NCBI GenBank assembly: GCA_963734295.1
Contig: CAVTGS010000012.1
Coordinates: 326,099-390,098, forward strand
Reading direction: 5' to 3'
Origin: an uncultured beta proteobacterium
GTDB lineage: Bacteria; Pseudomonadota; Gammaproteobacteria; Burkholderiales; JAEUMW01
DNA length: 64,000 bases
In this document: one piece after another, positions 20,476 to 30,581 of the stretch
Numbering within the stretch: position 1 is the stretch's first letter
Layout: each line of letters begins with the position of its first letter
The notes under the pieces: generated by a model
The model's database searches: none
The model's input: only the letters and a program-made list of their open reading frames with translations
Told to the model about the DNA's origin: nothing
Program-made: the position numbers and the translations under genes

Positions 20476-21135
20476 CTACTGCGGTGCCATGCGCTCGAGC
20501 CAGGCTTTGCGCTCGCCGAGCTTCCTTTTCCAGCCGTTGGCAAGAGCCGGGATGCCACACAGCCGGTCCAGGTCTGCCGGGCTCGGTCTATGACACAGCA
20601 CGATCTCCCAGAAGCGGCGGATCGATACCTGAGCCGGTCCTTGCTCGATGCGTTCGAACGCGCTGCCCACCACGATCGTGCCCGGTGTGAGCACGCGGTA
20701 GTACCAGCCCGTGAGGCAGCGCGAGGCAATCCGCTGCGACAGATCGCCGACACCGAAGCGGTGGTTGATTTTCCAGCAGGGGCTGCGGGGCTGGCTCACC
20801 TCGAGGATCGTCCCGTCGATCCGGAACACGTCCCCGATGTGGACGTTGTCCTCGTTCCACCCCATGGTCGATAGATTCTCGCCGAGACAGCCGGGCACGA
20901 ACTCGGCGGCGAGCGCGGGAAAGTCGGCCGCGAGGTGGCGGTAGTTCTCCGCCGCATAATGGTGGAGCGCCTTTTCCGGGCCCCCGTGCACGCGCAGATC
21001 CGCCTGATGGTCGCCTGCGAGACCCGTCACGGTGACGCGCCCGGACGCAATGGGCCGCTTGAACATTCCCGTCCGGTGCCCTTCGGGCTCGAGCAGCGCG
21101 ATGTCCCCGATGTAGATCCCGCCGAGAGATGGCAT
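20476..21135 (-). CDS. MOSC domain-containing protein (YiiM-like)
   Basis: C-terminal 219 aa of ORF 20476..21507, from MPSLGGIYIGD, with GDHQADLRVHGGPEKALHHY and SQPRSPCWK. Confidence 0.75.
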   Translation of the reverse strand: MPSLGGIYIGDIALLEPEGHRTGMFKRPIASGRVTVTGLAGDHQADLRVHGGPEKALHHYAAENYRHLAADFPALAAEFVPGCLGENLSTMGWNEDNVHIGDVFRIDGTILEVSQPRSPCWKINHRFGVGDLSQRIASRCLTGWYYRVLTPGTIVVGSAFERIEQGPAQVSIRRFWEIVLCHRPSPADLDRLCGIPALANGWKRKLGERKAWLERMAPQ

Positions 21136-21274
21136 GTGATGTATGGTCCGTTGAAGGTGGTTCAAAGGGCGCTCCGCGATTCCTTCCGCCCTTGCCATTG
21201 CGGCAGCATAATGCGAGGAAAAGAGGAGTGCATCGGCACGACGCCGCTGCCGAGCCTCTTCATCGGGAGGTTCC

Positions 21275-22339
21275 ATGGACGTCCACCGCAGCCCCATCGG
21301 GGAGCGCATCGACTGGGTATTCGAGTTGGCACGGCGCCACGGCGAAGCGTTCCGCAGCCCCGAGTCCTGGCTCGCTCGCGAGCGGTATCTGGCCAAGCAC
21401 CCGACCGCCGTCGCCGTGCTGAAATGCATGGACGGACGGATCAACATCCCCGTCGCGACGCGCACGCCGCCCGGCATCCTGATGCCGTTTCGCAACCTGG
21501 GCGGCATGTTCGACCTGGGCTGGCCTCACCTGGGCGAGGTGCTGGCCCACCATGTCTCGCGGATGGTCGCGGAAGGACGCCAGGTGCTTTTCCTCATCAC
21601 CTATCATTTCTCGAAGGGCGATCGGCGACGCGGCTGCGCGGGGTTCAATCACGATACGGCGGCCGCGTACGCGCACGCGCGCCAGATCCAGGGCCAAGTG
21701 GAGCACATCTTCGGCGCCGACCACGGTACGGTCTATCCACTCGTGTGCGGGTTCGAAACCGACGAGGACGCGCTCATCCTGCACGGTACCGGTGCCATTA
21801 CGTTCAATCTGGCCGACGTCACGGACGCCGACCGGCCAACGCTGGCACCCCGGCTCGCGGCCTTCCTGCCCGACATGCCGAGTCGGATGCGGGACGATCT
21901 GCTGCCGCTCCTGCTCGGCAACCTCGACCACATCGCGGAGGTACGCGCCCAAGCCGCGCGCCACGAGCGCGAGCTGGACATCGAGCACCGGGAGTGGATG
22001 ATCTGCCTCGGCCGGGGCTTCGACTTCCTACACACGCCCAACATCGCCCTCATCGTCGGGCCCTACAGTCCCAACCTGGACGGACCTGTACGCAGGGCCG
22101 CCGCCATCATCCGCGACAACATGGCGGCCGGCCGGATTCCGGAGGACGGATTCCTGCTGCTCGCCTCCGTGCCCTACGACGATCTGGGTGTGGATCGCGC
22201 GCGCGCCGAGCTCAAGTCGCGGTTTCTGTCGCGCTTCGCGGCGGACGTGATCGGTGCGGAATTCCCGGACCTCGCGTCGCGGATGTTCCAGCGCACTGCC
22301 GTGCTGGACTGGCGTTCGCGGTCCCTCGAAGCAACCTAA
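21275..22339 (+). CDS. Hypothetical protein with beta-carbonic-anhydrase-like CxDxR motif
   Basis: 354-aa ORF with coding-like composition. Contains KCMDGRINIP and HFSKGDRRRGCAGF. I do not recognise a named family. Confidence 0.5.
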   Translation: MDVHRSPIGERIDWVFELARRHGEAFRSPESWLARERYLAKHPTAVAVLKCMDGRINIPVATRTPPGILMPFRNLGGMFDLGWPHLGEVLAHHVSRMVAEGRQVLFLITYHFSKGDRRRGCAGFNHDTAAAYAHARQIQGQVEHIFGADHGTVYPLVCGFETDEDALILHGTGAITFNLADVTDADRPTLAPRLAAFLPDMPSRMRDDLLPLLLGNLDHIAEVRAQAARHERELDIEHREWMICLGRGFDFLHTPNIALIVGPYSPNLDGPVRRAAAIIRDNMAAGRIPEDGFLLLASVPYDDLGVDRARAELKSRFLSRFAADVIGAEFPDLASRMFQRTAVLDWRSRSLEAT

Positions 22340-22343
22340 ACGC

Positions 22344-22775
22344 TCACCCGCCGCCCACCGTCCACTCGTGTTCGCATTTCCGGCAGCGCACGCGCAGCCA
22401 CACTTCCGGCTGGCCGGCCGGAAGCTGCCCCGAAGGAAGCAGCAGTCGCATGGGTTGTGGCCCGGAGCCAATGACCTTGAAAGCGGCATAAGCCTGGCAC
22501 TGCGCGCATGTAGCGTCGCGCGCTACGCGCTCTGCCCGGGTGAGGCCGTTCTGGTACTTGCCCCACGCGTAGATGCAGAGGACGAAAGCACAGCCGGCGA
22601 GCGCGATCATCAGCAGCCGCTCCAACGCCGGTGCCTTGGCCGTGACGTCGTCCAGCGCGACGGCGATCAAGATCATGCTGAGAAAGCAGGTCACGAGGTA
22701 ACCGTGGCTCTCGATGAGCTGACGCTCGTACCAGCGCTTGAAGCCGAGCTTGCGGATGGACTCCTCGTAGCGCAT
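22344..22775 (-). CDS. Hypothetical membrane protein with C-terminal CxxC...CxxC zinc-ribbon-like tail
   Basis: 143-aa ORF with two TM segments, then CAQCQ...CRKCEHEW. Confidence 0.4.
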   Translation of the reverse strand: MRYEESIRKLGFKRWYERQLIESHGYLVTCFLSMILIAVALDDVTAKAPALERLLMIALAGCAFVLCIYAWGKYQNGLTRAERVARDATCAQCQAYAAFKVIGSGPQPMRLLLPSGQLPAGQPEVWLRVRCRKCEHEWTVGGG

Positions 22776-22853
22776 GGCGTGCCCCGAAACGCTTCTGCGG
22801 GAATGCGATTCTACGCCCGGGAGCGCGGGCAGTCGCGTCCAGGAACAGAGTTT

Positions 22854-23174
22854 CTAACCGACCACCACCGCCGTGCCGCTGGCCGCCACCATCAGCATGC
22901 CGTTCTCGGCGCCCAGCACCTCGTAGGCCAGGTCGACACCGACCACCGCCGTCGCGCCGAGCTTGCCGGCGGCTTCGATCATCTCGTCGAGGGCGGTCTG
23001 GCGGGCGTCGGAAAGCGTGTGCTCGTAGGCGCCGGCGCGCCCGCCGACGATGTCGCGCACCCGCGCGAAGAGATCGCGAAAGACGTTTGCGCCGACGATC
23101 GCCTCGCCGGTTACGATGCCGAGATAGCGCGTGATGCGGTGACCTTCGATGCTGGGAGTGGTGGTGACGATCAT
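22854..23174 (-). CDS. YbjQ (UPF0145) family protein
   Basis: C-terminal 106 aa of ORF 22854..23831: [37 protein letters not shown]... Confidence 0.8.
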   Translation of the reverse strand: MIVTTTPSIEGHRITRYLGIVTGEAIVGANVFRDLFARVRDIVGGRAGAYEHTLSDARQTALDEMIEAAGKLGATAVVGVDLAYEVLGAENGMLMVAASGTAVVVG

Positions 23175-24010
23175 GGGGTCTCCTTGGTTCGACGAGTCGT
23201 CGGGGCGGGGCGAGCTTCGTTGAGAAACGTCGCGAGTGCGTCGCGATAGGTAGCGGCACTCACGAGAAAGGCGTCGTTGTGGCCGCCCTGCATCTCGACC
23301 AGACGTTTCGGGGGCCGCGCCGCTGCGAGCAGGCGCTCCGGATGGGACATCTCGAACAACTCGTCCTGGCGGCTGTGGAGAATGAGGAGCGGCGCGTCGA
23401 TCCGGTGTACCTGGTCGAGGCTGTCGAACCTGTGCTTCAGAATCCACTGCACGGGCAGAAACGGCAAACGCTTCTGCGCGATGTCCTTCACCGACGTGAA
23501 GCCGCTCTCCACGACCACACCGCCCACGGACACCTCCGCGGCGAGATGCACGGCCACCGCGGAGCCGAGCGACTCGCCGTACGCGACGATGCGCTCCGGC
23601 GCCACGCCACGCGTCGTGGTGAGCCAGTCGTAGGCGGCACGCGCGTCGCGATAAAAGCCCTGCTCGCTGGGCGTGCCGCTGCTCCGGCCGTAGCCGCGGT
23701 AGTCGATGATCAGCGTGTCGGCACCGATGTCGCGGAACACCGCGAGCTTCTCCAGCCGGTGTGAGACGTTGCCCCCATTGCCGTGAAGAAAAAGCACCGC
23801 CGGTGCATCGGGTCTGCCGGAGGGCACCCACCAGCCGTGCAGCTTCTCTCCGTCTGCGGTTGCGAGTGCAACGTTTTCGAACGTGAGCCCGGCATCGGCT
23901 GGTGTACGGACGATGTCGTGCGTCGGGAAGTACATCGACTGTTGCTCGTACCAGCGCAGACCGAGGAACAGTGCAAGCAGCAGCGCGCCGAGGGACAGGG
24001 CGGCAGTCAC
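23171..24010 (-). CDS. Alpha/beta hydrolase (membrane-anchored)
   Basis: ORF 23171..24274 with FLHGNGGN, nucleophile elbow GESLGS and C-terminal GGHND. The start is uncertain: GTG near 24010 or ATG at 24073. Confidence 0.7.
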   Translation of the reverse strand: MTAALSLGALLLALFLGLRWYEQQSMYFPTHDIVRTPADAGLTFENVALATADGEKLHGWWVPSGRPDAPAVLFLHGNGGNVSHRLEKLAVFRDIGADTLIIDYRGYGRSSGTPSEQGFYRDARAAYDWLTTTRGVAPERIVAYGESLGSAVAVHLAAEVSVGGVVVESGFTSVKDIAQKRLPFLPVQWILKHRFDSLDQVHRIDAPLLILHSRQDELFEMSHPERLLAAARPPKRLVEMQGGHNDAFLVSAATYRDALATFLNEARPAPTTRRTKETP

Positions 24011-24041
24011 GGTCGGGGCGTCCGGCGACAGCCTGCGGGTT

Positions 24042-25046
24042 TCAGATGGATCGCAGGAGCGCGACCAGGACATTCGGGTCGAGCGTCGGCGTGCCGGGTT
24101 CGTCCTTGAAGATGTACAGGCCCTTGGTGTAGATCGTTCGCGTCGGACTCGAACCCCACCCTTTCTTGATGTCCCACATGTACAAGCCAAACTTCCACGG
24201 ATGCAGGCCGGCGGTTTCGCGAAATGCGTTCGGAATGCCGGTGTCGACGATCTGCACCGGCGCACCATTGCCAACGGCCCGCCAGAGGCGGGTATAGGGG
24301 CCCTTCGCTTCGTCCCACTCGTACTTCCACTGAATCACGATGTAGTTCCAGGCTCCCTTCTGGACGGGAAAATCGAAGACGCTGCCGGTTCGCGTGGCGT
24401 CCGTGCCGTCGAGAACGGCATTGGCATTGACCCAGAAACGCAGCTTTCCATCCTTGCGCAGATCGAGCTTGTGCATCCCCTGGACGTTCCTGCTGCCGAC
24501 CGCGTGCCCGAGACCCATGATCGAAATGTGGTCCCCGCTGCCATCGAAGGGATGGTCGCTGCCGACGTAGAGCGCGAATGCAGCCCAATAGGGAACACCA
24601 TCGCGCAGTACGAACGGCGACGTCGCACTCCAGGCGGACATGATGGCCGCACGTGCAGATTGATAAGGTTTGCCGCCTCCGTACGTCCCCGAATCCTGCC
24701 GATAGGACATCCCTTCGAAAATCTTGTGGCGGAACGCCTTTCCCTCGGCGCGTGCAGGATCTGCGGTCCTCATCACCGTAAACTCCGAGGTGTTAGGGTC
24801 GCGATAGCCCGGCTCCGGAAAAGTGGTCAGGTCGCGCTCGATGTTCCTGCCTTCGCCATCCTGGCCCACCTGCAGCGAGATCCGATTCTTGGGATAAATG
24901 TCGAGCGGCTTGCCGGGGTCGATCCAGGCGACGGTGCGCGGATCGTTGGGCCCCGGGGCGGCAACGGCGGGGGGCGCGGCCGCCGCTCCGCCGTGCAAGC
25001 TCATCGCTGCCGCCAGGAGCAGGGTAGAGCACCAGTAGCGTGTCAT
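24042..25046 (-). CDS. Secreted protein, polysaccharide-lyase-like (concanavalin-like fold)
   Basis: ORF 24042..25064 with signal peptide MTRYWCSTLLLAAAMSLHG and WKFGLYMW / KGLYIF beta-sandwich-type motifs. Family assignment is tentative. Confidence 0.4.
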   Translation of the reverse strand: MTRYWCSTLLLAAAMSLHGGAAAAPPAVAAPGPNDPRTVAWIDPGKPLDIYPKNRISLQVGQDGEGRNIERDLTTFPEPGYRDPNTSEFTVMRTADPARAEGKAFRHKIFEGMSYRQDSGTYGGGKPYQSARAAIMSAWSATSPFVLRDGVPYWAAFALYVGSDHPFDGSGDHISIMGLGHAVGSRNVQGMHKLDLRKDGKLRFWVNANAVLDGTDATRTGSVFDFPVQKGAWNYIVIQWKYEWDEAKGPYTRLWRAVGNGAPVQIVDTGIPNAFRETAGLHPWKFGLYMWDIKKGWGSSPTRTIYTKGLYIFKDEPGTPTLDPNVLVALLRSI

Positions 25047-25060
25047 GTTGCGTTCCCCCG

Positions 25061-26224
25061 TCACTTTACGGGTCCGCGAGTCGGCTGCGTCCGCACCGCT
25101 CGGATGTCAGTGCCTCGATTCGCACGGGACGATTGCAGGTCGTCACCGTGCAGGCCCATGGCGGCGTACATCGCCTCCAGCTGGGGCACCACTGCGTTCG
25201 CGGAGAAGGCTGCTTCGACCTTGTGCCGCGCGGCGACTCCCATCCGTCTCGCAAGGTCCGGGTCGGCGAGCAGACGTTCGAGCCGGTCGGCCAGTGTCCG
25301 AACATCGCCCGGTTCGACGAGGAATCCTTCGACGCCATCGGTCACCGCCTCGGGAATCCCGCCTACGGGTGTGGTCAGGATAGGCAGTCCCGCGGCCATC
25401 GCCTCCAGCACGCTGACGGGGAGACCCTCGTTGTAGGAAGGCAGCACGTACAGCACTGCCGTGGCGAGCAGCCGCTCCTTGTCCTCGCCCCGCACCCAGC
25501 CCAGCAGCTCGACGCGGTCCGCGATACCGAGCTCTTCGGCGCGCACGCGCACCTCCGCGACCTCGCCATCGCCGCCCAGAAGCAGGCGCAGGTCCGGCCT
25601 CGTGGCAGCGACGCGTGCTGCCGCATTCAAGAGATCATAGCTGCCCTTGCCTGGACCCAATCGTCCCAGGAACAAGACCGATCCGGGGGTACGGTTCTCC
25701 CACGATGGAGTCTGGTCGGGCACCAGCACCGGGTTGTATATGGAAACCACGTTTGGGTTGCTGCACATCTGCAGCACCCACTTCTGCCATGCCGCCGACA
25801 GAACCAGCACCCGCTGACAACGGTTGTACACGAAACGCACGAATCGCTTGCGGAGCGGACCACATTCCTTGTCGTAGAAGACGGCGAATCCTCCTCCATG
25901 CAGGTGCAGAACGGCCGGAACGTCGAACAGAAAGGCCAGCAGGAAAAAGGTCGACTTCCTCCAGAAACTGGCACGGGAGGCAACGTGAACGTGAACGAGC
26001 GCGGGGCGGCGCAGCAGAGCCACCGCATACGAGCCCAGCGCGCTCATCGCACACCAGAGCTTTCTCAGCGCCGATCCATCGCAATGCGTGGCGATGTACC
26101 TGATCCCGAATCGCTCGAACAAACCGTATTGCTCATAAACTCGAACGACGGACGAAATCCCGCCGCGCGTATCGAGAGAGGTGCCCAGCATCAGAATTCG
26201 AGGTTGCAAAGCGGCTTCCTGCAC
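25061..26224 (-). CDS. Glycosyltransferase family 4
   Basis: 387-aa ORF with the GT-B signature EGLPVSVLEAMAAGLPILTTPVGGIPE. Confidence 0.85.
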   Translation of the reverse strand: MQEAALQPRILMLGTSLDTRGGISSVVRVYEQYGLFERFGIRYIATHCDGSALRKLWCAMSALGSYAVALLRRPALVHVHVASRASFWRKSTFFLLAFLFDVPAVLHLHGGGFAVFYDKECGPLRKRFVRFVYNRCQRVLVLSAAWQKWVLQMCSNPNVVSIYNPVLVPDQTPSWENRTPGSVLFLGRLGPGKGSYDLLNAAARVAATRPDLRLLLGGDGEVAEVRVRAEELGIADRVELLGWVRGEDKERLLATAVLYVLPSYNEGLPVSVLEAMAAGLPILTTPVGGIPEAVTDGVEGFLVEPGDVRTLADRLERLLADPDLARRMGVAARHKVEAAFSANAVVPQLEAMYAAMGLHGDDLQSSRANRGTDIRAVRTQPTRGPVK

Positions 26225-26242
26225 GTGGGTTAAGAGAACGCT

Positions 26243-27604
26243 TCAGACGTCGCAGACGACGGCGCGGAATTTGCCATTCCTGGTCCGAGGAATGTTTCCG
26301 ACGCTGCGAATGGCAATGGCGACGCCGTTGCCGATCCTCTCGCGAGCGTTGTTGATGATCAGACGTTCCACGTCGGCGCTGTAGCCGGTACCATCTACCA
26401 CGAGAATGTCGATGCGATCGAGCGCTTTCTGTCTGATCTGCGCTTCGATCACGCCGGATACGCCCTTGAAGATGTGATCGAGACGCCCGATGTGGCGTCC
26501 GTCGGGCAACTTGACGAGATCGTCCACGCGTCCCTGGATCGCACGCACGACCGGAAGGCTCCGACCACAGCGGCAGGACGCACCGGCTTCGGCGAGCTCG
26601 ACGAAGTCTCCCGTACGATAGCGGACAAGCGGCATGGCGAGGTTGTTGAAACCCGTGCCGACGATTTCATGAGTGCCGTCGCCGACCGGAATGAACTCGC
26701 AAAACGAGTAATCCGACATGACGTGATAGGTACCGTGCTCGCAGGTTCCGATCGCGGCGACGCGCTCGAACTGCCCGTACCAGTCGAAGACCCTGCACCC
26801 GAACCGCCGCTCGATCACCGCGCGCTGCGCGCCGGAGAGCGACTCGGAGGACGTGACGATTCCTTGCAGTTGCGCGCCACCGTACGACCGATCGGCAGCC
26901 TCCAGCCAGCTCGCGAGAAAGCCGATCGAAGAAGGGTAAGCCTGAATGACGAGCGGATCGAATCTGGCAAGGGCTTCGAGGTAGGCCGGCGCGTTCCCCT
27001 CCGACAGATGATACGAGGAGAGCATCAGCATGTTTTCGGTACGACTCATGCGCCAGTACGGTGGCTCCGGCTGCGATACCGGCGCCACCATGTCACCGCG
27101 AATCCATGCCCGCCGGCCCATCGGCGTCAGCCCTGCCCAGCTCAGTTGCCGCTGGATGAAGGCGTTCTCACGATTGATTGCGCGCAGGTCCTGAAACACC
27201 TTCAGAGGTGAACCGGTCGTGCCGCTGGTAGCACCCTCGAATACAGGCCGGCTGGCCGCCGAGAGCAAGGCGCGCCCCGCCGCACGCACCTCGCTCTTGT
27301 CGAGCAGCGGGATCCGCGCGAGATCGGACTCGTGCTGGATATCGCCAGGAGTGACGCCGGCCTCGCCGAAGCGCTTTCGGTAGAAGGCACAATGCGTGTG
27401 AGCGTGCTCCAGCACGCGCGACAGCATGGCCATGCGGTAGTGGTCGATGGCCGCGCGGTCGTACCATTGCGATGCATCGACCTCGGCCCGCAGGCGGCCG
27501 AAGCTGCGGCCCTCGCGCAGACGCGCACGCGACCAGGCGCGCAGAGAGATCAAGGCCTCCTGCGCCCAGATCGGGCTACGGCGGTAGAGGGGCGACGAGA
27601 ACAT
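26243..27604 (-). CDS. Adenylate-forming enzyme, PaaK/CapK/F390-synthetase-like (copy 1)
   Basis: 453-aa ORF with FEGATSGTTGSPLKV and a C-terminal NGKFRAV-type motif. Confidence 0.75.
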   Translation of the reverse strand: MFSSPLYRRSPIWAQEALISLRAWSRARLREGRSFGRLRAEVDASQWYDRAAIDHYRMAMLSRVLEHAHTHCAFYRKRFGEAGVTPGDIQHESDLARIPLLDKSEVRAAGRALLSAASRPVFEGATSGTTGSPLKVFQDLRAINRENAFIQRQLSWAGLTPMGRRAWIRGDMVAPVSQPEPPYWRMSRTENMLMLSSYHLSEGNAPAYLEALARFDPLVIQAYPSSIGFLASWLEAADRSYGGAQLQGIVTSSESLSGAQRAVIERRFGCRVFDWYGQFERVAAIGTCEHGTYHVMSDYSFCEFIPVGDGTHEIVGTGFNNLAMPLVRYRTGDFVELAEAGASCRCGRSLPVVRAIQGRVDDLVKLPDGRHIGRLDHIFKGVSGVIEAQIRQKALDRIDILVVDGTGYSADVERLIINNARERIGNGVAIAIRSVGNIPRTRNGKFRAVVCDV

Positions 27605-27753
27605 CGGTTTTCTTCACGCACGAACGATCAGCAGATGACTGCGACGCGCGCTGCTGCGCGAACGCGGGGAAAGCTCTGCGAACCAAACGAGACCCGACAG
27701 TTTCGCACGCTACAGCCCACGGCGCCCCGACGCGGCGATCGGCGGGGCAGACT

Positions 27754-29091
27754 TCAACCCGAAACTGCCGCGAACCGCCGGATTACGAACGGAGTCTTGC
27801 CCGACGGCAGCCGCTCCATCTCGTCGACGACCTCGACCGTGAGCCGCATGTCCGCCGGCACCCACACATAGGCATTACGAAGCAACTGGGCTTCGTCGAT
27901 GCGGCCGACCCGCGGATCGACCAGGACGCGAAGGGTCGCGCGGTCTGCGGCATCTTGCAACACCTGCATGCGCACGAGGCCCTTGATCCCGGCCGCGGCA
28001 TGGGTGAGGCCGACGATTACTTCGCCGCGCGGCGAGATAAGGTGCTCCTTGTCGCGGCCCTCGATCGACATGACCGGCTTGAGCCCCAGACACACGTCGT
28101 CCAGATCCTCGTGGGTGTAGCTCTCGGGCACGATCGCACGGTCGCCCGAGCGGTAGCGCGCGAGCGGCATCGCTTCGTTCCAATACCCGGTAGCGACGAT
28201 CTCGAACGCGCGATGCCCTGCGGGCGCTTCGCCGCTGGCGATCGGGAGGAGCTCGACGCGCCCGTAGGCCGGATTGAAGAAGTAAGCCCCAGCGGCCACG
28301 CCGGCGGCAAGAACGACGCGCTCGGCCATCCCGTAGTAGTCGATCACCGTGGCGTTGAAAACGCTCTCCATGAGCAGCCGGCCCGCCGGGTGCAGCATCT
28401 CGGACGATGTCAGCACGACCGGAATCTCGAGCGAGAGGCCGCGCTGCTGCAGCAGTCGGGCCAGCGCCTCGCCCGAGCTCGGATGGGTGAAGAGGACATC
28501 CGGACGCAGGTCGCGCAGGGCCTCGAAGTACCAGTCGACGGTGAGTGCGCTCAGATGATTGGACGACAGCAGGAGACGGCGCCCACCGTCGCGGTATTGG
28601 CCGAAGGGGGGCTCGCGATCGCTCTGTGGCTTGACGTTGTCGGCGCGCAGGCGCGCCATGCGCGCGCTCCTGAAGCTGTAGTTCCACACACCCAGCAAGT
28701 CGTCGATGAACGCCTGTTCGACGGCCACGTTGGCGAGCGACCGCACCAGCTTGACCGGTATGCCGGTCGTGCCACTCGTCGCCGCCGGGATGCGTATCAG
28801 CGCCGGCGTGCAAAAGAGCTCCGGATGCGCGCGCACGTCGTCCTTTTCGATAATTGGCCGTTCCGCGAGCGGAACTCCCCTCGGGAGACCGTCCGGCAGC
28901 CTTGCCGCCCATTGCAGGGTACGCGCCGTGAGCCGTTCCGCGAGCGCCCGACGGGCGGCCCGATCCATCGTATCGAGCTCCCGCAGCAGCTTGCGCACCG
29001 GCTCATAGTACTGGTGGCGGTAGCGCAGCCGGTCGTCGATGACCGCCGATCTCTTGAAGGCGTCGGTCAGCCGGTCGATCAGTCTCGGCAT
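27754..29091 (-). CDS. Adenylate-forming enzyme, PaaK/CapK/F390-synthetase-like (copy 2)
   Basis: 445-aa ORF with AATSGTTGIPVKLV and the same architecture as copy 1, but strongly diverged. Confidence 0.75.
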   Translation of the reverse strand: MPRLIDRLTDAFKRSAVIDDRLRYRHQYYEPVRKLLRELDTMDRAARRALAERLTARTLQWAARLPDGLPRGVPLAERPIIEKDDVRAHPELFCTPALIRIPAATSGTTGIPVKLVRSLANVAVEQAFIDDLLGVWNYSFRSARMARLRADNVKPQSDREPPFGQYRDGGRRLLLSSNHLSALTVDWYFEALRDLRPDVLFTHPSSGEALARLLQQRGLSLEIPVVLTSSEMLHPAGRLLMESVFNATVIDYYGMAERVVLAAGVAAGAYFFNPAYGRVELLPIASGEAPAGHRAFEIVATGYWNEAMPLARYRSGDRAIVPESYTHEDLDDVCLGLKPVMSIEGRDKEHLISPRGEVIVGLTHAAAGIKGLVRMQVLQDAADRATLRVLVDPRVGRIDEAQLLRNAYVWVPADMRLTVEVVDEMERLPSGKTPFVIRRFAAVSG

Positions 29092-29148
29092 GCGGGTTCC
29101 GGGGAGACTGCGGCGTGGGACACCGGCATGGAGCGAGAGGGTGTCGAC

Positions 29149-29748
29149 TTAGCCGACGATCGCAAAGTCGATCGGCTTGAAGCGCCCATTGTTCGAGCCC
29201 TCGGCCGAACACGCGGTGAGGCCGCATACCATGTCCATCTCCGCCAGGAGATCGACGTGATCGCCAGCGCGGGACGCGGGAACCCCGACCGTGAGTCTGC
29301 CTTGGGTATCGATGACGACGTTCATGAAGATGTTGAACGTCGTCGCGATCTGCTCGGGCCCGATGCCGAACCGGGCCAGGCTAGTGCAGAGGTTCTCGAA
29401 GCAGCTCGGATGGTGGCCACGGTGCTGGTAGAGGATCTCGAACATCTCCTGACTGCAGGGCGTGAGCAGGAAGTCGTGGCGCCCGACCGTGTCGTCCAGG
29501 ATCGTGAACATCCTGCGGCTGTCGTTCGCGTAAAGGACGTCACCGGTGGTCAGGTAGATCTTCCCCGCGTAGTCGAGCGAGCGCCCCGACGACAGCCAGC
29601 AGGCGGGGTCGTGATCGGCAAACGCGAAAAGATCGGCCACCTGCTCGCCCTGCGGATCGACGACGCGCAGCATCTGCCCCTTGCGAATACTAAATGCGGT
29701 GCCCGACTGTGGAGCGATGCGGGTGAGCGGCGGAGACGAATCCATCAT
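29149..29748 (-). CDS. DUF1989 (urea-carboxylase-associated / CgdAB-like) family protein
   Basis: C-terminal 199 aa of ORF 29149..30519, from MMDSSPPLTRIAPQSGTAFSIRKGQMLRVVDPQGEQVADLFAF. An ATGA overlap joins it to the upstream gene. Confidence 0.7.
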   Translation of the reverse strand: MMDSSPPLTRIAPQSGTAFSIRKGQMLRVVDPQGEQVADLFAFADHDPACWLSSGRSLDYAGKIYLTTGDVLYANDSRRMFTILDDTVGRHDFLLTPCSQEMFEILYQHRGHHPSCFENLCTSLARFGIGPEQIATTFNIFMNVVIDTQGRLTVGVPASRAGDHVDLLAEMDMVCGLTACSAEGSNNGRFKPIDFAIVG

Positions 29749-30581
29749 TTTTCTTCTGTATGCATGTTGTGGAACGGGCATGTCCAGTCGTCCGGTACGT
29801 TGCGCCCCGAGTACTGGCGGGCCTCCGAGCTCTGCCCGAAGTCCTTGAGCACCGGATTGATGGACCCCTGATAGGCCATGTCTCGCGCGCGAATGATGCG
29901 CTTCATCGTTTCGAACTTGCCGCGCGCACGGAGGTGGTCGAACTGCTCGTGGAGATTGAACACCAGGGTCGGCTGCCCGACCGTGCGCGCCATGCGCGAG
30001 GCGCGCGGATGCAGGCCCACGACGAAGAATCCGCGCCCGCCGATGCTGAACGAGAACTCCGGATGGGCCGGATCCGAGCTGATCCGCTGATCCCAGGAAA
30101 AGTGCATGCCGTCGAGCTCGTGCATGCCTTGCAGGTGCCGCCAGAGCAGTTCCTCGAAGTGCAACTCCGTCTCGACGGCCGGGCTTCGGAACATGGCGAT
30201 GAAGCTCACGAACTGGTCGCCGATGTCCCGAAATTCGTGGCTGAATTCGTAGAGATCGTAACAGACCCCGCTCACCGCGGCGCGGGAGGCGAGCTCGGTA
30301 TAGAGGCTGAAGCGATAGGTTCTGCGATTGAGTGCCGACTTGGCGCCCACGCACGGAAATCCCTCGCCCATTACCCGGGCTCTCAGGTCCTCGTGCGCCG
30401 CAGCCAGGTCGGCATCGGCGGCCCGCCCTGGGATCAGCGGGTGAACGACCGCGTTGCCGACGAAAGCGGCGTAGCCCGAAGCTTGGCGCGCCGCCGGGTC
30501 GTTCGCCAGCGGATTCCACGGCCGCGCGGGGGCGCCGGCGCCCGTCTCTGCTTCCAATCTGTCCGCTGCGGCGATGTCCAT
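29745..30581 (-). CDS. YqcI/YcgG family protein (GntA-like putative heme-dependent N-oxygenase family)
   Basis: 278-aa ORF with FPCVGAKSALNR..YRF, FVSFIAMF and GGRGFFVVGLHP. Confidence 0.7.
   Translation of the reverse strand: MDIAAADRLEAETGAGAPARPWNPLANDPAARQASGYAAFVGNAVVHPLIPGRAADADLAAAHEDLRARVMGEGFPCVGAKSALNRRTYRFSLYTELASRAAVSGVCYDLYEFSHEFRDIGDQFVSFIAMFRSPAVETELHFEELLWRHLQGMHELDGMHFSWDQRISSDPAHPEFSFSIGGRGFFVVGLHPRASRMARTVGQPTLVFNLHEQFDHLRARGKFETMKRIIRARDMAYQGSINPVLKDFGQSSEARQYSGRNVPDDWTCPFHNMHTEEK

Noticed and set aside
27472-29871. 799-aa plus-strand ORF opposite the CapK-like and DUF1989 genes
   Set aside because: It is an antisense shadow ORF in GC-rich DNA with no recognisable motifs. 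The minus-strand genes have clear family signatures.
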